Shown one piece after another: positions 1 to 13,391 of a DNA stretch of 64,000 nucleotides (position 1 is its first letter; each line of letters begins with the position of its first letter). Location: positions 5,952,001-6,016,000 of the forward strand of contig OX638164.1 of the NCBI GenBank assembly GCA_951804945.1, in the 5' to 3' direction. The position numbers and the translations under genes are program-made. The notes below the pieces were generated by a model, which was not told where the DNA came from, did not search any database, and saw only the letters and a program-made list of their open reading frames with translations. Origin of the DNA: Podarcis cretensis (lineage: Eukaryota).

Positions 1-2477
1 CTAAGGTGGATGTCAGGCAGGCAGCTGTGGCCAAGGCCTTGCTAAATCTAAGATGGATCCCAGATGGGTCAGGCCAAAGGCCTATCTAAGTCTACATCCT
101 GCTCTCTCAGTGGCCAAACAGATGCCCCAAAGGGAAGGCTGCAAGCACGAATTGAGCACAACAGCATCCCACCTGCTATTCCCAGAAGCTGGTATTGGTA
201 TTCAAAACTGCTATTCAGAAGCACATTGCGTCCGACAGTAGAACACGGCCATTGTGGCTAAAAGCTTTATTCTCTTGTGTATTTGCCCAATTCCTTTTTA
301 GAGTCATCCAAGCCGGGAGCCACCACTGCCTCTTGTGGAAGTGAGTTCCATAGTGTAACTATGTGAAGAAGGACTTTCTTTTGGCTGCCTGAGTCGCCCA
401 GCCTTCCCTGGATGGCCCCATGACACAAACCTCTGCTCCCTAGGCACTTTCCCCACCCAATTCGTAATCTTAAACGCCTCTGTCACATTCCCCTACGGGG
501 CGAAGACACAGTAAAGGCTGGTTTCTCAAGAAGCAAAGATATCAGTGAAATTCCCAGAGAGAGACTGGGAACCAGAAGCTGCAACCAGAATCCACAGGGC
601 TGGTGTGGTGGATCCCCCAACTGTGACAGCAAAGCAGAGGGGATAGAAGGGGTTAACTTAACTCGACGAAGTGTGTAATTAAAACATTAACCATCTGCTA
701 AGGTCCATCTGGCTTTCATTTCCTTACAACTGGCACACAAAAAGGGGGAGGGGCTTTTTTTTTTTTTTTAATTTGCTGAGCGCACTTCTGAAGTTCCTAG
801 GCCATGCGGAGTCGAGGCCTCGCCTCGCTTTCAAGCTTCTCCACGCATACAAACGCTCACAGTCCTCCATTAAAATGATCTCCTGTGGGCATGAACACAA
901 GCCTGCAATATTACTCTGAGAACCCCAGGAGGAAGATAATCTACAAAACCTATTGTGAGGGAAGGGCGGAGGGCGGCGGGTATGGGAAATCAAGCGTATC
1001 CCGAGGCTTTTCCTCCTCCACTTTGAAAATTCACAGCACCGACTAGGCCTCACATTTGCACAACAGCAGCAGCCCAAGGAGAGCATGGCAATCCTGTGTC
1101 CAGGCCGAGGGCCACATTCTCTTGTGGGGGAACACTGCAGGGGCCGCATACTATTGCTGGTCTGGGCAGGAGGCAAAAAAAAGAAAAAGAGTGCAGCAAG
1201 ATATTTAATTCATTCCATTTCTTTGAAATCTCTTCCCGCAAACTGTCTCTCAATTTTGTGATAAAGATATGGCTCTTACCACAGCAAGCTACATTCCAGT
1301 TATGCAAACGTCAAAGGTTTCCATTGCTTGCCATGCAAAAGTCACCCACCGCTGCCACCAATCTCTCCAGCAGGGAAATGAGAGGCATTAATGCACGCCA
1401 AAGACACATTTCTGCCAGGAAAAGCACCCAAGGAGGGTGCAGGGACAGGCTGGGGAGGGAATGTAGCCCGAGGAAAGTCCCAAAGGCCAGACAGAGGCAC
1501 CTGAAGGGCCATATCCGGTCCCTAGGCCTGAATTTCCCCACCCCTTTTGTAATGGTGTATGTAGGATAGCAAGTGCCGTGCCAGATTAGAAGTGGGGACA
1601 GTCGGCTTCAAATCCCCACTCAACCCTGAAGCCCACTGGGCGTCTTTCATCCGCTCAGCCTAAACTACCTCACAGGGTTGCTGTGCAGACAAAACAGGCT
1701 AGCAACCACTTTGTGAGGCTGGTAAATGGAATCAAAACAACATCCCCAATGGTGTAACTGGAAGCGCCCCTGTGAACATTTACTGCTGGGTTGCCGAGGC
1801 ATGTCTCTGTGGTGTACAGAAATGGAGATGGAGCGGGGAGGGCTGTGCGGCTCAGTGGGTGGAGCATCTGCTTTGCATGCAGAAGGTCCCAGGGTGAATC
1901 CCTGACATCTCCTGGCAGGGTTGGGGGTGTGGGGAATCTTATTACAGAAGGATACAAGTAAACAAACCTAACGAGTTTATACGGGAAAGGGTGTGTTTTC
2001 CTTGATGTACTGGAATAGTAAATACCAAGATCCATGCAACAAATTGCTTTTGGTTTAAAGCAAGCTTTTTTTGTTTTGTTGGCTGTTGTCGGCATCCGTC
2101 TGTCTCGAGAGGCAATGGAGTGTGCCTCCGGGGGTAAAGCCAAACTGCGACATTAGCAGCACTGGAGCAACCTCCCTGGGGCACAAGACTTAACTTTGAA
2201 ATACCGTAAATCCTATCGTGTGCCTTCACAGCAGTCAAAGTGATTGGAGGAGGAACTTGGCAAAAAGAGCCAACTATTGGGAAGTGAGACCGTGTCTGGA
2301 TCAGAGGAGTTATTTGAGGTCAAAGCACACTTCCTTGCTCCAGGAGCTACTGAGGTAGGTGTATCTAAGAGGGCAGCCAGCACTGGGCGCCAGCCAAGAG
2401 CCTGGAGCATTATTGACAACCTAACAGTTTTGAGGATAGTGGATAGAGACACACAGGGCAGCTTTCCACCCTCAAAT

Positions 2478-4141
2478 AGACTTCCGGGTTGACGCCATCG
2501 CCGAATGGCGGACTCCCTCCGAGCTCCGGAGGGAGCCTGCTCGGCAGGGGCTGGGTCCTACCGCATCGGTGACGCGGGGACCCTCAAAAACCATGGGCGC
2601 TGAAACCCATGGACATGGTGACTCGGCTGGCACTTTTTGCGCCCCCCCCCGACCCGCGAAGGAGCCTTTTTAAAGGCTGCGGAGCGGGTGACAGGGGGGG
2701 GTGGTGCTTTGAGTCCTTCGCTTCCCCTGCCGAGCGAAGCCGCATGCCATTCGACGGAGAGCGCTGACTTCTTCTATTGAAAATTTGGACTTAAAAGAAT
2801 AACCCGTGAGTAATCGGAACCTGGACTAAAAAGGGGGATAAATTTGTTAAAAATTCGGAGCGAGCGGGGGGGGGGCGCAAAAAGGAAGTCAGCCCCCCCC
2901 CCCGTTGTAGAAGAGTTAAAGCAAAGGATTTGACAACTAAGATCGAGTGCAACCCTATTTTGACAAAGTTATTAATTTCGCGAGGGAAAATCATAAGACT
3001 GAGCTGGAGGAGAAAGGTGGAATTGAATTAAAAAGCAACCCCCCCCCCGAACCCTGGGAGCGATTTGTGAGAGCGCCGGGAGAAGAGAAATAGAGGTTTT
3101 GACAGCTGTCAAAGAGCTGTCAAAGCGGAAGAATAAAATAGAGATCTTTGTTACGAGGACTTTGCCGGTTACATTTGTTATAAATTGGATACAAATTGTT
3201 ACAAACAAGGAATAACAAGTTATTTTGACTGGTGGACGTGATCTGGAAGGGAATTTAGTTATTGCAATCCACCTAGAGGAGCCGAGGGACATTACAAGTA
3301 TTGTTGGCGTGGAATTTGACCAGAACTTTTTATCTCCTGGGAAACTGCAGAAATGGAACACTATTTTGTCTACAGAGGTCTACGCACTAAAGGAGACAAT
3401 AGATTTATCTATTGAAGAATGAAAAGGACTTGACGTAATGTTTTGTTCTTGAATAACAAGCCTCTGCAGAGGAATTAGAAGCTTTTGGAATTGGAACATT
3501 TGTGCAGGAGAGCAGGGAAAAAGAAAAAAAAAAAAAGGAGGAGTGAGATCAACAAGAACAACAAAAATAATAAGAACTGGACAAAGTTGGAAGTGGGAAC
3601 ATTTGGGACATCCAGATTTGACAGGTTTAAAGGAATAAAATTGGAACTTTCACCCTTAGATATAAAAATCTGGATGGAAGAAATGGGCCTTTTTTGAGAC
3701 AGACTCCTTCCAAGATTGGACATTCGAAACTAAAGATGACTGGGAAAGCACTATGGTTTAGAGACATGTGGGAACTCCAGGAAGATATCAGACGTCGAGG
3801 AACATTGGGAACGCAACCGGGAAAGGGGGGAGGGAAATTTGGAATCCAAAGGGCGTAAAATTATTTTTTTTTAATTTTTCTTCTATTGTAATCTGTATTG
3901 CATATTAAAAGGGGGAACTCGCGGAAGGGAACAGGTCGATTTTAGGGGATGGGAAAATATTTTTAAAATTGAGTCAATGATAATGAGTTTAAATTTGGGA
4001 TAAGAATTTGTTGAAATTTTTTTTGTTTATTTGTAAGAATTGGAATACAGGAGGGGGAGGGGAGGGGAAGTCCTGAAAAGATGTTATTGGGGAAAAGATT
4101 GTATGGAAAATCTTAATAAATATCATTTAAAAAAAAAAAAG
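2478..4141 (+). mobile_element. 1.66 kb non-autonomous L1-like retroelement with 18-bp TSD
   Basis: TSD AGCTTTCCACCCTCAAAT at 2460-2477 and 4142-4159. CpG-rich 5' end (CTTCCGG, AATGGCGG), A-rich body with broken ORFs, AATAAA at 4115-4120 and A12 tail at 4129-4140. Confidence 0.85.
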
Positions 4142-5111
4142 AGCTTTCCACCCTCAAATGGAGTGTGCAGCATTTTTCCAAAGCTGTGAGAGCCTGTTTG
4201 CCACCTGAGCCAACAAGCTTGGCTGCAAGGGGGGCAGGGAATGAGCAGCTGGAGCCCCCCCGCCCCCCACCACATGCGGCTGTGCTAGATTACCCAAGAG
4301 GCAGATTAAGCAACATGCTTAGGGCACCAGAAAGGCAGGGGCACCCAAAAGAAAAATGAGATTTTAAAAAATAAAACGATTTGGCATTTGAGATTTTTTT
4401 TTTTTAAGCATCCAAGTAGTCCATCGGGACTTTGATAAGACTTCATTACATTCCTCTACACACACTTGCCCTACTTTTTTTGTTCTCTTAACCCCACATA
4501 AAACCAGGGATATTAACATAGTTCAAAATAATGCGAGGAAATCAGATCCTGTTATGTATTACAATCAATCTATGGGGTTTTTCTAATAATTATTTTTTTA
4601 TTTTATGGTTTAGTATGGTTTTTGTTGTATTACACATTGGGGGACAATATTTTCAGTGCTCAAAGCCTCTAAAGTGGTGGTTTTCAGCTGGTCCAGACCC
4701 AAGACCCACCTCTGACCCACAACGTGGGACCTGCTTTCACTTTTGTTTTATACTTCAGCAATGCTAACAGTGCCCATTATTAATCCTAAAATGGCGGCTC
4801 ACAGAGCACTATACCTTTGCATTACTAAATGAAATGCAGTTATTTTTACACTTGCTCTTACCCGAAAGAAGCCTTTGAAAAGGAGCGACTTTTGCATCCC
4901 GAGAGAAGTCTGGAAGCCATCGAGATACACAAGGCGGCGAAGAAAGTGCCCCTGTACCATAGGAGCTCTCTCACCAGAGGCATAGATATAGGAAGGCAAT
5001 CCATTCACAGACTAGCACAATCCACCGTCTCTGATGAGGCCTGCACTAGCAAGGTTACGGTGAATGCTGGCCCTCCCAGAACCAGGATACAAAATCCACT
5101 TACAACCACGA

Positions 5112-5320
5112 AAGCCATTGTGGTGTAATGACTGTAGCGTTAAGACGAGGTCCTGGGAGACCAGAGTTCAAATCCCCGCTCAGAAGTGAAGCTCACTGGT
5201 GACCTTGGGCCAATCGCTCACCCTCAGCCTACCCTACCTTGCAGGCCTGCTGAGAGGATAAAATGGAGAGAACGATATTTGCCTTCTTGAACTCCTTGGA
5301 AGGAAGGTGGGATATAAATG
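5112..5320 (+). mobile_element. Older MIR/Squam3-like SINE (similar copies at about 1575-1695, 18960-19137, 20657-20860, 26530-26717, 43248-43480, 45675-45822)
   Basis: GTTCAAATCCCC B box, GTGACCTTGGGC, CAGCCTAnCCTACCT...GAGGATAAAATGG core. Confidence 0.7.
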
Positions 5321-5392
5321 AACCTGAAATGAAACTATGGTTTCCAGGGCTGCAAATCTGGGAGGCCAATTTTTTTCCTCCACTGCATGTTA

Positions 5393-5776
<384 letters not shown>

Positions 5777-6361
5777 TCAAACTGTGAATGATCTCATTGT
5801 TTTTATAAGTAGGAGCTGTAATAAAATGTTGCAGTGCAGAGCTGTGCTGCTCAGGGGTCTAGCCAGCTAAGCACCCTATTCCATCCCCCACTCGCAATTT
5901 TTCCACTAACCGTCAGTCGGCATTTTGCAACAAAGGCTTCGTGGAGCTGCTTTTGGGGTTTTCTCCCTATTTAAGACTTAAAAGTGTATATGGCAAGCTA
6001 CCTTGTATTGAGTGAGACTATTGGCCCATCTGGTTCAATACTGTCCATTATTAGGAGAACCTAATTCCCCTCACAGAGCTAAAATTCTCATTTATCAATC
6101 AATTCCTCTTCCCAGGGAACTCTGGAAACTGTAGCTCTGTGAGAGGGATAGGGTTTTCCGAAGAACTCTCAGCATCCTCAACAAACTATAATTCCCAAGG
6201 TTCTTTGGGGCAAGCCATGACTGCTTAAGGAGTTATAATACTGCTTTAAATGTCTGGTGCAGATGTAAGCTAAGTTTTACTCATCAGTTTCAATGGGTCT
6301 ACCTTGAATATGACTATCATTGGATACAACCCAGTATGTTCTGAGTTGACAAACAAATGAT

Positions 6362-6384
6362 AATAAATAAATAAATAATACAAA

Positions 6385-6415
<31 letters not shown>

Positions 6416-6416
6416 A
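6362..6416. repeat. (AAAT)n microsatellite
   Basis: Read directly. Confidence 0.95.
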
Positions 6417-6946
6417 GTGGAAGACAAAAGCTGTAGAGAGAACTCCTTGCCACTGGAAAGCCAACGGCAGCAGAGGAAAAACAGAAGACTCATTCTGAAC
6501 CCCCTAATGCGTCCAACTTCAAGCAATGACAAAATAGTGTTCTCAACTGCAAAACTTGGACTCAGATCTATCTGAAGCCTAGAAGCTGAGGGGGTGACAG
6601 GAGGGGATTCTGGATATATGGCCAAATGAAAAAGAGGGAACAACAAAGAAGCCGATCGGGCCAATGAGGAAACCTCTTAACACTGATAGGCTGCACCTGA
6701 TCATGTGGAAAGGCCAAACTCCCTATAAAAGCTTCTGGATTCCTTGACACAGACAATGAAAGCACTTCACTGGCAGCCTAGGGGTGGTCCTCATGCTGCT
6801 CCTTCCAATGTGTTTCTTTCCCCACTTCTGGGGTAGGGGAAATAGACACAAAGGCAGCACCAGACAGGTCTGTTGCCCTGAGATGCTACCACCTGGCATG
6901 ACCAAATTGCTGATGTTCGAAATCTATTATTCATTTATTATTATTA

Positions 6947-7302
6947 CAGTGGTGCCCCGCAAGACGAACGCCTCGCAAGACGGAAAACCCGCTAGACGAA
7001 AGGGTTTTCCGTTTTGGAGGCGCTTCGCAAAACAAATTTCCCTATGGGCTTGCTTCGCAAGACGAAAATGTCTTGCGAGTTCCTGCGGGGTTTTTTCCCT
7101 TTTCCCCCCCTTTTCCTAAGCCCTAAGCTGCTTATCAGCTGATCCGCTGATAAGCCGCTTATCAGCTGATCCGCTAAAAGCCGCTAAACCGCTAATAGCG
7201 CTAATCCGTTAAGCTGTCAATGGGCTTGCTTCGCAAGACGAAAAAACCGCTATACGAAGAGCCTCACGGAACAGATTAATTTCGTCTTGCGAGGCACCAC
7301 TG
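6947..7302 (+). mobile_element. Tc1/mariner-superfamily MITE family A, copy 1
   Basis: TIR CAGTGGTGCCyCGCAAGACGAA, TA TSD, repeated internal CGCAAGACGAA motifs; sits in a (TAT)n tract. Confidence 0.9.
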
Positions 7303-8929
7303 TATTATTATTATTATTAATATTATTATTTACTGCCTGCCCTTCAACCTAAGGTTCCAACCATAAAAATAAGATGGGACCCAAAAACATGCAGCTCGAG
7401 TGCTAGAAACCAGGGTACAGAGGCACGTCTTAAGCAATCTCCAAAAGCTGTATAATAAAGGCATTTATTTAGACACTTGCCTTGGCCTCTCACCAAAAGC
7501 AGGAGCAAAGATTGTTCGCATTAGCCTTTTTTAAAAACAAAAAAACAAAAACTGAAATATGTAAAACTACCCAAGTATCTCAGGATTTTCCCCAGCAACA
7601 GTAAGAAGAAAGGAAGGAAGGGGGAAGCAGACGTCACCAACCCTCTGGCAAAGGGCTCGTCAGGGACAAGAGCTGCACCTTGAAATTTTTAGCACCTGCT
7701 CTCCAGCGCTTAACCAGCAGGACCAGTTTGGGAGCCAAAAAGCAAACCACAGATGCCAAGAAGCAGGTGTCAGTTAGCTATTAATCCTTCAGAGTAGCAG
7801 AAAGGAGCTGTATGCCCAATGGGGACACAGACCTGCTGAGATGTGGATCAACGAAACTACAAGCAGCCATCTGGGGGCCACCCATAAGATCACAGATAAT
7901 ATGGAATACCACCCCCAAAATGTGTTAGCAAACTGACTTAAATAAAGCAGACAGAGTCCAGAGAGAAAAGGAATATTGATGGCACTTTACTGAGGAACGC
8001 AAACCAAAAAACAGTGTATAATTTAAGGAGAAAGGAACAGAGAGGTTTTGGCTGTCTTCTTTCAGGCCTTGCATTTAGCAGGGAGACATTCAAACCAAAC
8101 ATATAGAGGAAAAACTCCTGCAAGAACTACACAGCTGATCAGATCAGACCACCTGCTACCTCAGTAAATATCAGGTCACTCTGACCGGTTGCTAAGCGAC
8201 ACCCCCTCTTGGGTAGCTGACTAACACCAAGGACAGAATTAGCCGCTAAGCCACCTGTGGAATGACCTCTGGTTTTGTACTTCCAACATCACTCCTCCTA
8301 AATGAGAACACAGTTAGATGAGGGCAGACACGGCCGTAGCCAAAACATGGCCAACCAAAAGAGGGGTGTTATCAGTGTGCTCAGATAACCCCACGGTTTC
8401 CAGGAAGCATACAAAACAAATCTAAAAGGGGGCAATTCTTCCCCCACCCACCCAAAAGTAAAAAAAAAAACCACCAAGCTCAAGTATGGCCAATGCTCTC
8501 CAGTGCACAAAATGCCTAGTGCAAGTCAAAAAAGAACAATGAAAAGCCAACACAGGGAAAGTCTCAGTTGAGCTTGTTACAGCTTCAAGCATTCTAGAGG
8601 AAAACATGGCTGGCTAACTTGAATTCTGAACAGGAACACTTCTTTTACATGGGAGAGAAAAGAGACACCAGGGGAGCTACTATGAAACTATTAAGTGCCC
8701 CAGAAGTGACTTTAGGTCAAATTGCTTAAAATTTTTGGTTTAGTACAACCCAAATTGATTTAACTTTTTGTTGTATACAATTCAACAATCCCAAAGTCTG
8801 AGAATCAGTAGCACCGATGTTGTAAAGGAGGAGTTTTGTGGTATGTTGGCTGCTCTGTTGTGGCTAATGCATTTCCCCCCTTTTTAACAGAGGTCAAGAC
8901 CTTAGAGCAATAACTATGACCCATGGAGC

Positions 8930-9381
8930 TAGACTGGTGACTGGGAGCAGCTGCCAGGACCATATAACACCGGTCCTAAAATAACTCCATTGGCTCCCAG
9001 TACATTTCCGAGCTCCATTCAAAGTGTTGGTGTTGACCTTTAAAGCCCTAAACAGCCTTGGCCCTGTCTACCTGAAGGAGCGTCTCCACCCCCATCCTCC
9101 AGCCCCAGACACTGAGGTCTACCTCCAAGGGCCTTCTGGTGTCTCCCTCATTATGAGAAGTGACATTGCAGGGAACCAGGGAGGGCCTTCTCGGTAGTGG
9201 CACCTGCCCTGTGGAACGCCCTCCCAGCAGATGTCAAACAGATAAACAGCTATGTGATTTTTAAAAGACAGCTGAAGGCCACCCTGTTCCGGGAAGGTTT
9301 TAGTGTTTGTGTTTTTAATATTTTTTTTGTTGGGAGCTGCCCCGAGTGGCTGGGGCAACCCAGTCAGATGGGTGGCATATA

Positions 9382-9428
<47 letters not shown>
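8930..9428 (+). mobile_element. L2-clade LINE 3' fragment with (AAC)n tail
   Basis: Encodes the degenerate ORF2 C-terminal motif ITPVL..LHWLPV..R..FKVLVLTFKALN and APALWNALP, then a 3'UTR and microsatellite tail. Confidence 0.8.
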
Positions 9429-10159
9429 GAGCAAGCCTGAAACAGGAGGGCATTCTCATCCTGCAACATGTGCCATCCCCTAGCGAAAAAACCCGATGCG
9501 CCTCTCCACCTGCTCTGCGCTCAAATAACTGGAGGTTAACAAGCCCCACAGAGATGTGTTGCTGGTGATGTCAGCGAGAAAAAAACCTTCGGGTTATCTC
9601 TGTTTCAGAAAGACTTGAAAAGAGAGAGAAGGGTGGAGAGGGAACAGTGCCCATCCATATGCTGCAAGCGCTCAGGGCAACGCTCCTATGAAGCACTGCC
9701 AACTTCCAAGCCCCAGAGGTTTTGTTTTGCAACAGCGGCACGGCAGCGGACGGACCCCCTGCCACACACACACTCGCCTGCTCTCAAGATCCCCCCCTCC
9801 CCAAATCCTACGGTGGCTGGAAAAATCATTAAGCGCATCATGCAGCACCAGCAACAACTGTGGACTGAAAGATTGCGGGTGGAGGGCGCACACAGGACAT
9901 TCTAGGCTTTTGGGTCACACTGCAGCGTGACCACAGGATGGGAAGATGAGCCCTGGTGGATCGGAACGGAGGACAATCTAGTCCTCCAGCGTCCTGTGCC
10001 CCACAGCAGACAACCAGATGCGTCTTGGGAAGCCCATAAAGCAGCAACAGTCCTCTCTAGCTGATGTCGCCCAGCCACACGTTTTCATAGGCAATGCTGC
10101 CTTTGGCCCTGTAGAATACATCCCTTGTGACTAACAATCCTTGGTTTGACAGGGGAAAG

Positions 10160-10493
10160 AAAGCGCTTCTCCGTGTAGCACGTAGTTAAACTGCAGAACT
10201 CACTGCCACAGGAGGTAGCAATGGCGACCAACCTGGATAGCTTTAAAAGAGGACTGATCAAATTCATGGAGGAGAGGGCCATTGATGGTTACATGGCTAT
10301 GCTTTGCCTCCACAGTCAGAGGCAAGAACGCTTCTGGATATCATTTGCTGGAAACCACAGGAGAGAAGAGGGTCTTGCACTCAGGTCCTGGTTGTGGGTT
10401 TCCCCCAAAGGCATTTGGATAGCCCCTATGAGAACAAGATGCTGGACTGGATGGATCACTGGCCTGATCCAGCAGGCTGTTCTTGCGTTCTTA
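10160..10493 (+). mobile_element. CR1-clade LINE 3' fragment (others at about 25430-25560, 41620-41720, 55866-56110)
   Basis: NSLPQEVAMATNLDSFKRGL.KFMEER ORF2 end, with the GGCCTGATCCAGCAGGCT...TTCTTA terminus. Confidence 0.75.
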
Positions 10494-12841
10494 GGATCAC
10501 CCCGCACAGCTCTGAGCTACACATTAGAAAGATATCCAATTTCAAATCTCACTGAAGCAAAACTTTCAATAAAAGGCCTTGGGCCACCAGCTCTTATCTC
10601 AGACCAAGGTCCCCACTGCCATATCTGTGATATGGATAATAATAAAAATAATATTAATACTGGCCTATCTTGTAGTATGGAGTACTGAGGTCAAGAATGG
10701 TACATTCTTTGCCTGTGCTGCACTGCTTCAGAATGCAGGGGAGGGCTGACATGATTAAATGCTCCCCCGTACAAATAATAAATCACTACAAACAGAAATA
10801 TCAACATGCCAGGGAGGAAAGTTAATGTCAGGCCTGACCAACGTTTGCAACTGCACTTTGAAGTCTGGTTGGTCTGCAACTGCACCTCACACTCGGGCTG
10901 CGATGGAAACCATGATTGCCAGGGATTCCAACCATGGCTGACGTCAACCAGGGTGACACTAGATCGGCAATAGCCATTGGGGTGTCCTCCATATGTGGAC
11001 TACAACTCCCATCAACCCCAGCTGGCATGGCCAACAGCTTGGGAAGACAAGAGCTGTAAGACACCATGTAGGCTACCCCTGCTATAGACTGTGTCTGCAG
11101 ATGGCGGGGCGAAAGGAAGGTTAGCGCCAACTTGACCAAACTTGCTAATCGACTCCGACTCTGGTTGGGATGGGAACCCTGCTTGGTTGGCCTCTTGTCC
11201 ATAGCTGGCATTCTGATTGGTTGGCATCCATGCCAAAATGACATCCAACCCCAGCAGGAGAGCAAAATGAAAAGGGGAACTCCTGAGGGCTGGCTCATGA
11301 TTTATGGACTAGGACTCGCAGGGCGCCAGAGCTTTTTCTGCGCCAGAGCTCAGCGCCAGATGCCGGGGTCTTGCAACCAAAGGGAGCTATTTGCTTTCAT
11401 GACTTTCTTTGCAAATTTCCCAGGAGCATCTGGCAGCCTGCTACTGGAAATGGGACTAGACAGACACTTTGCTCTGATCCAGCTAATAAAGTCACACATT
11501 CATATATACATTTTAAATATTTTGTTTGTTTGTCCATTTCAACAGCCAACCAGCATCTCCCTCTCACACAAATAAAACACATTTTAAAAAAAGCCAGATA
11601 AAACAATTTTAAAAAGCTTAAAACGATTTGAAACCCTGAAAAGCTAGCAGTGTTTAGAAGCTGAGGGAAATGGAGAATTTTTCACTTAGTGTTGAAATGA
11701 TAGTGAAGCCTCCCCTTATTTTGGGCATTGATGGCAGCAAGGTAAGAGCCTCAGATACGCACATCTCAGTGCAGGGGCAGGTTGACATCGGATTTATCAT
11801 TTGGGGGGACATTTTCAGAGACTGCTGTATTATACGATCTTAGCCAAGTTTACCATCATTTAAAATCAGGAAACATTTATAACCATTGGCACCTCCAGTT
11901 AAAAAAGGGGGAATCAGCAACTGACAAAAAGGCTCTATCTCCCCCCACCCCATAAATTGTCTACCTGTTTTAATTTCAGGCCCATCACATTAATGTTCAA
12001 AGTCCTAAATGACTCAGGCCCTGAATATCTGAAATGTGGTCTCCTTCACTACAAATCCCCTTGGGAGCCAAGATTGGCAGAAAAGCATCATGTGGTGTCA
12101 TGTGATTGACAGCTCACACCGGTCAAAGTGGTCCACAGGGGGTGGAGGGAGTCAGGATCTGACCTGTCGGCCAGATCCAGCTGCCAACCCCAGGGATAGA
12201 TGACCAGAGAGCCTTGTGAAAACGCCTCCCCTTGGGAGCAGCATGGGATGGGTGCAACGGCACTTTTTCCTCTCATGCCGTTGGGCCCGCTCTCTCTTAG
12301 ATAAATTGCCGCCACCTCACTGAACAACCCTTTACCCGAAGGTTTCTTTTCTTTTCCTCTTAAAATTCTACCCCAGCATATCCTGCGGGGGGACCTTTGT
12401 GAGGGGATAACTAGTAAGTTGGAGTCTCAGACAGGTTTTCTTTAAATAAACAATAAAAAATTATTTAAGGCAAGATAGTATATAACACAAATGGGTTAAA
12501 CTTAGGCTACTTCAGGAATACAGTGTGATTTTGCTTAAATTCATCCTCAGTTGTTTTAGAGTTTGGTTCCTTTATACGGTGATACTTTCTTTCAGTTATC
12601 CACCCCATTTAACAATCCTGCTCCCGAGGTACTTTAAGTAATAGACCAGGGATGTCCAACCAGTAGATTGCGATCTACCAGTAGATCCCCAGCTGATCCT
12701 GGTAGATCGCGGGATCCTTATTGTGTACAAAAAGTCACCGGGGGGGGAGCTAAAAAACTCTGTGCACCACCACATTCTGTCCTCCACAATACGCTCAGAG
12801 CAGAAGCTGTTTTTGTCCAGAACCAACTCTTTTTCCCATTA

Positions 12842-13182
12842 CAGTGGTGCCTCGCAAGACGAAAAGAATCCGTTCCGCGATTCTCTTCGTCTAGCGGTTT
12901 TTTCGTCTTGCGAAGCAAGCCCATTGACGGCTTAGCGGATTAGCGCTATTAGTGGCTTAGCAGCTTTTAGCGGCTTAGCAGCTTAGCGGATAAGCAGATA
13001 AGCGGCTTAGCGGCTTAGAAAAGGGGGGGGAGGGGAAAAAAGTCGGAAAAACTCGCAAGACATTTCGTCTTGCGAAGCAAGCCTATAGGGAAATTCGTTT
13101 TGCGAAGCACCTCCAAACGGAAAACCCTTTCGTCTAGCGGGTTTTTCGTCTTGTGAGGCATTCGTCTTGCGGGGCACCACTG
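12842..13182 (-). mobile_element. MITE family A, copy 2
   Basis: Same TIRs and TA TSD; opposite orientation to copy 1. Confidence 0.9.
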
Positions 13183-13391
13183 TAACTCTTTTTACCTCAA
13201 CCTGTCTCCCTACCTATCTCCTAACCTCAATTCTAACCCACCTCAACCAACCCTCTTAACTGTTTTTCTCCAAATCCTCTCCTTTTAAACTCTCCCTCCT
13301 GGAACCACGGCCAATCAGAGGCTGCCATTCGTTAACCATTTGCTGGCAGTTAAAGACAGAAGAAGAAAAAAAAACACTTGTTGATCCAACT

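Noticed and set aside
1839-1925. tRNA-Ala-like sequences here and at about 19960, 28210, 50875, 51080, 59225
   Set aside because: Degenerate, and most continue into a shared SINE body.
724-2492. 150-157 aa ORFs in the first 2.5 kb
   Set aside because: No recognisable domains; they overlap SINE fragments and intronic low-complexity sequence.
6784-7119. Recurrent ORF peptide (VVPRKTNASQDGKPARRKGFPFWRRFAK) suggesting a gene family
   Set aside because: It is the translation of the non-coding MITE family A.
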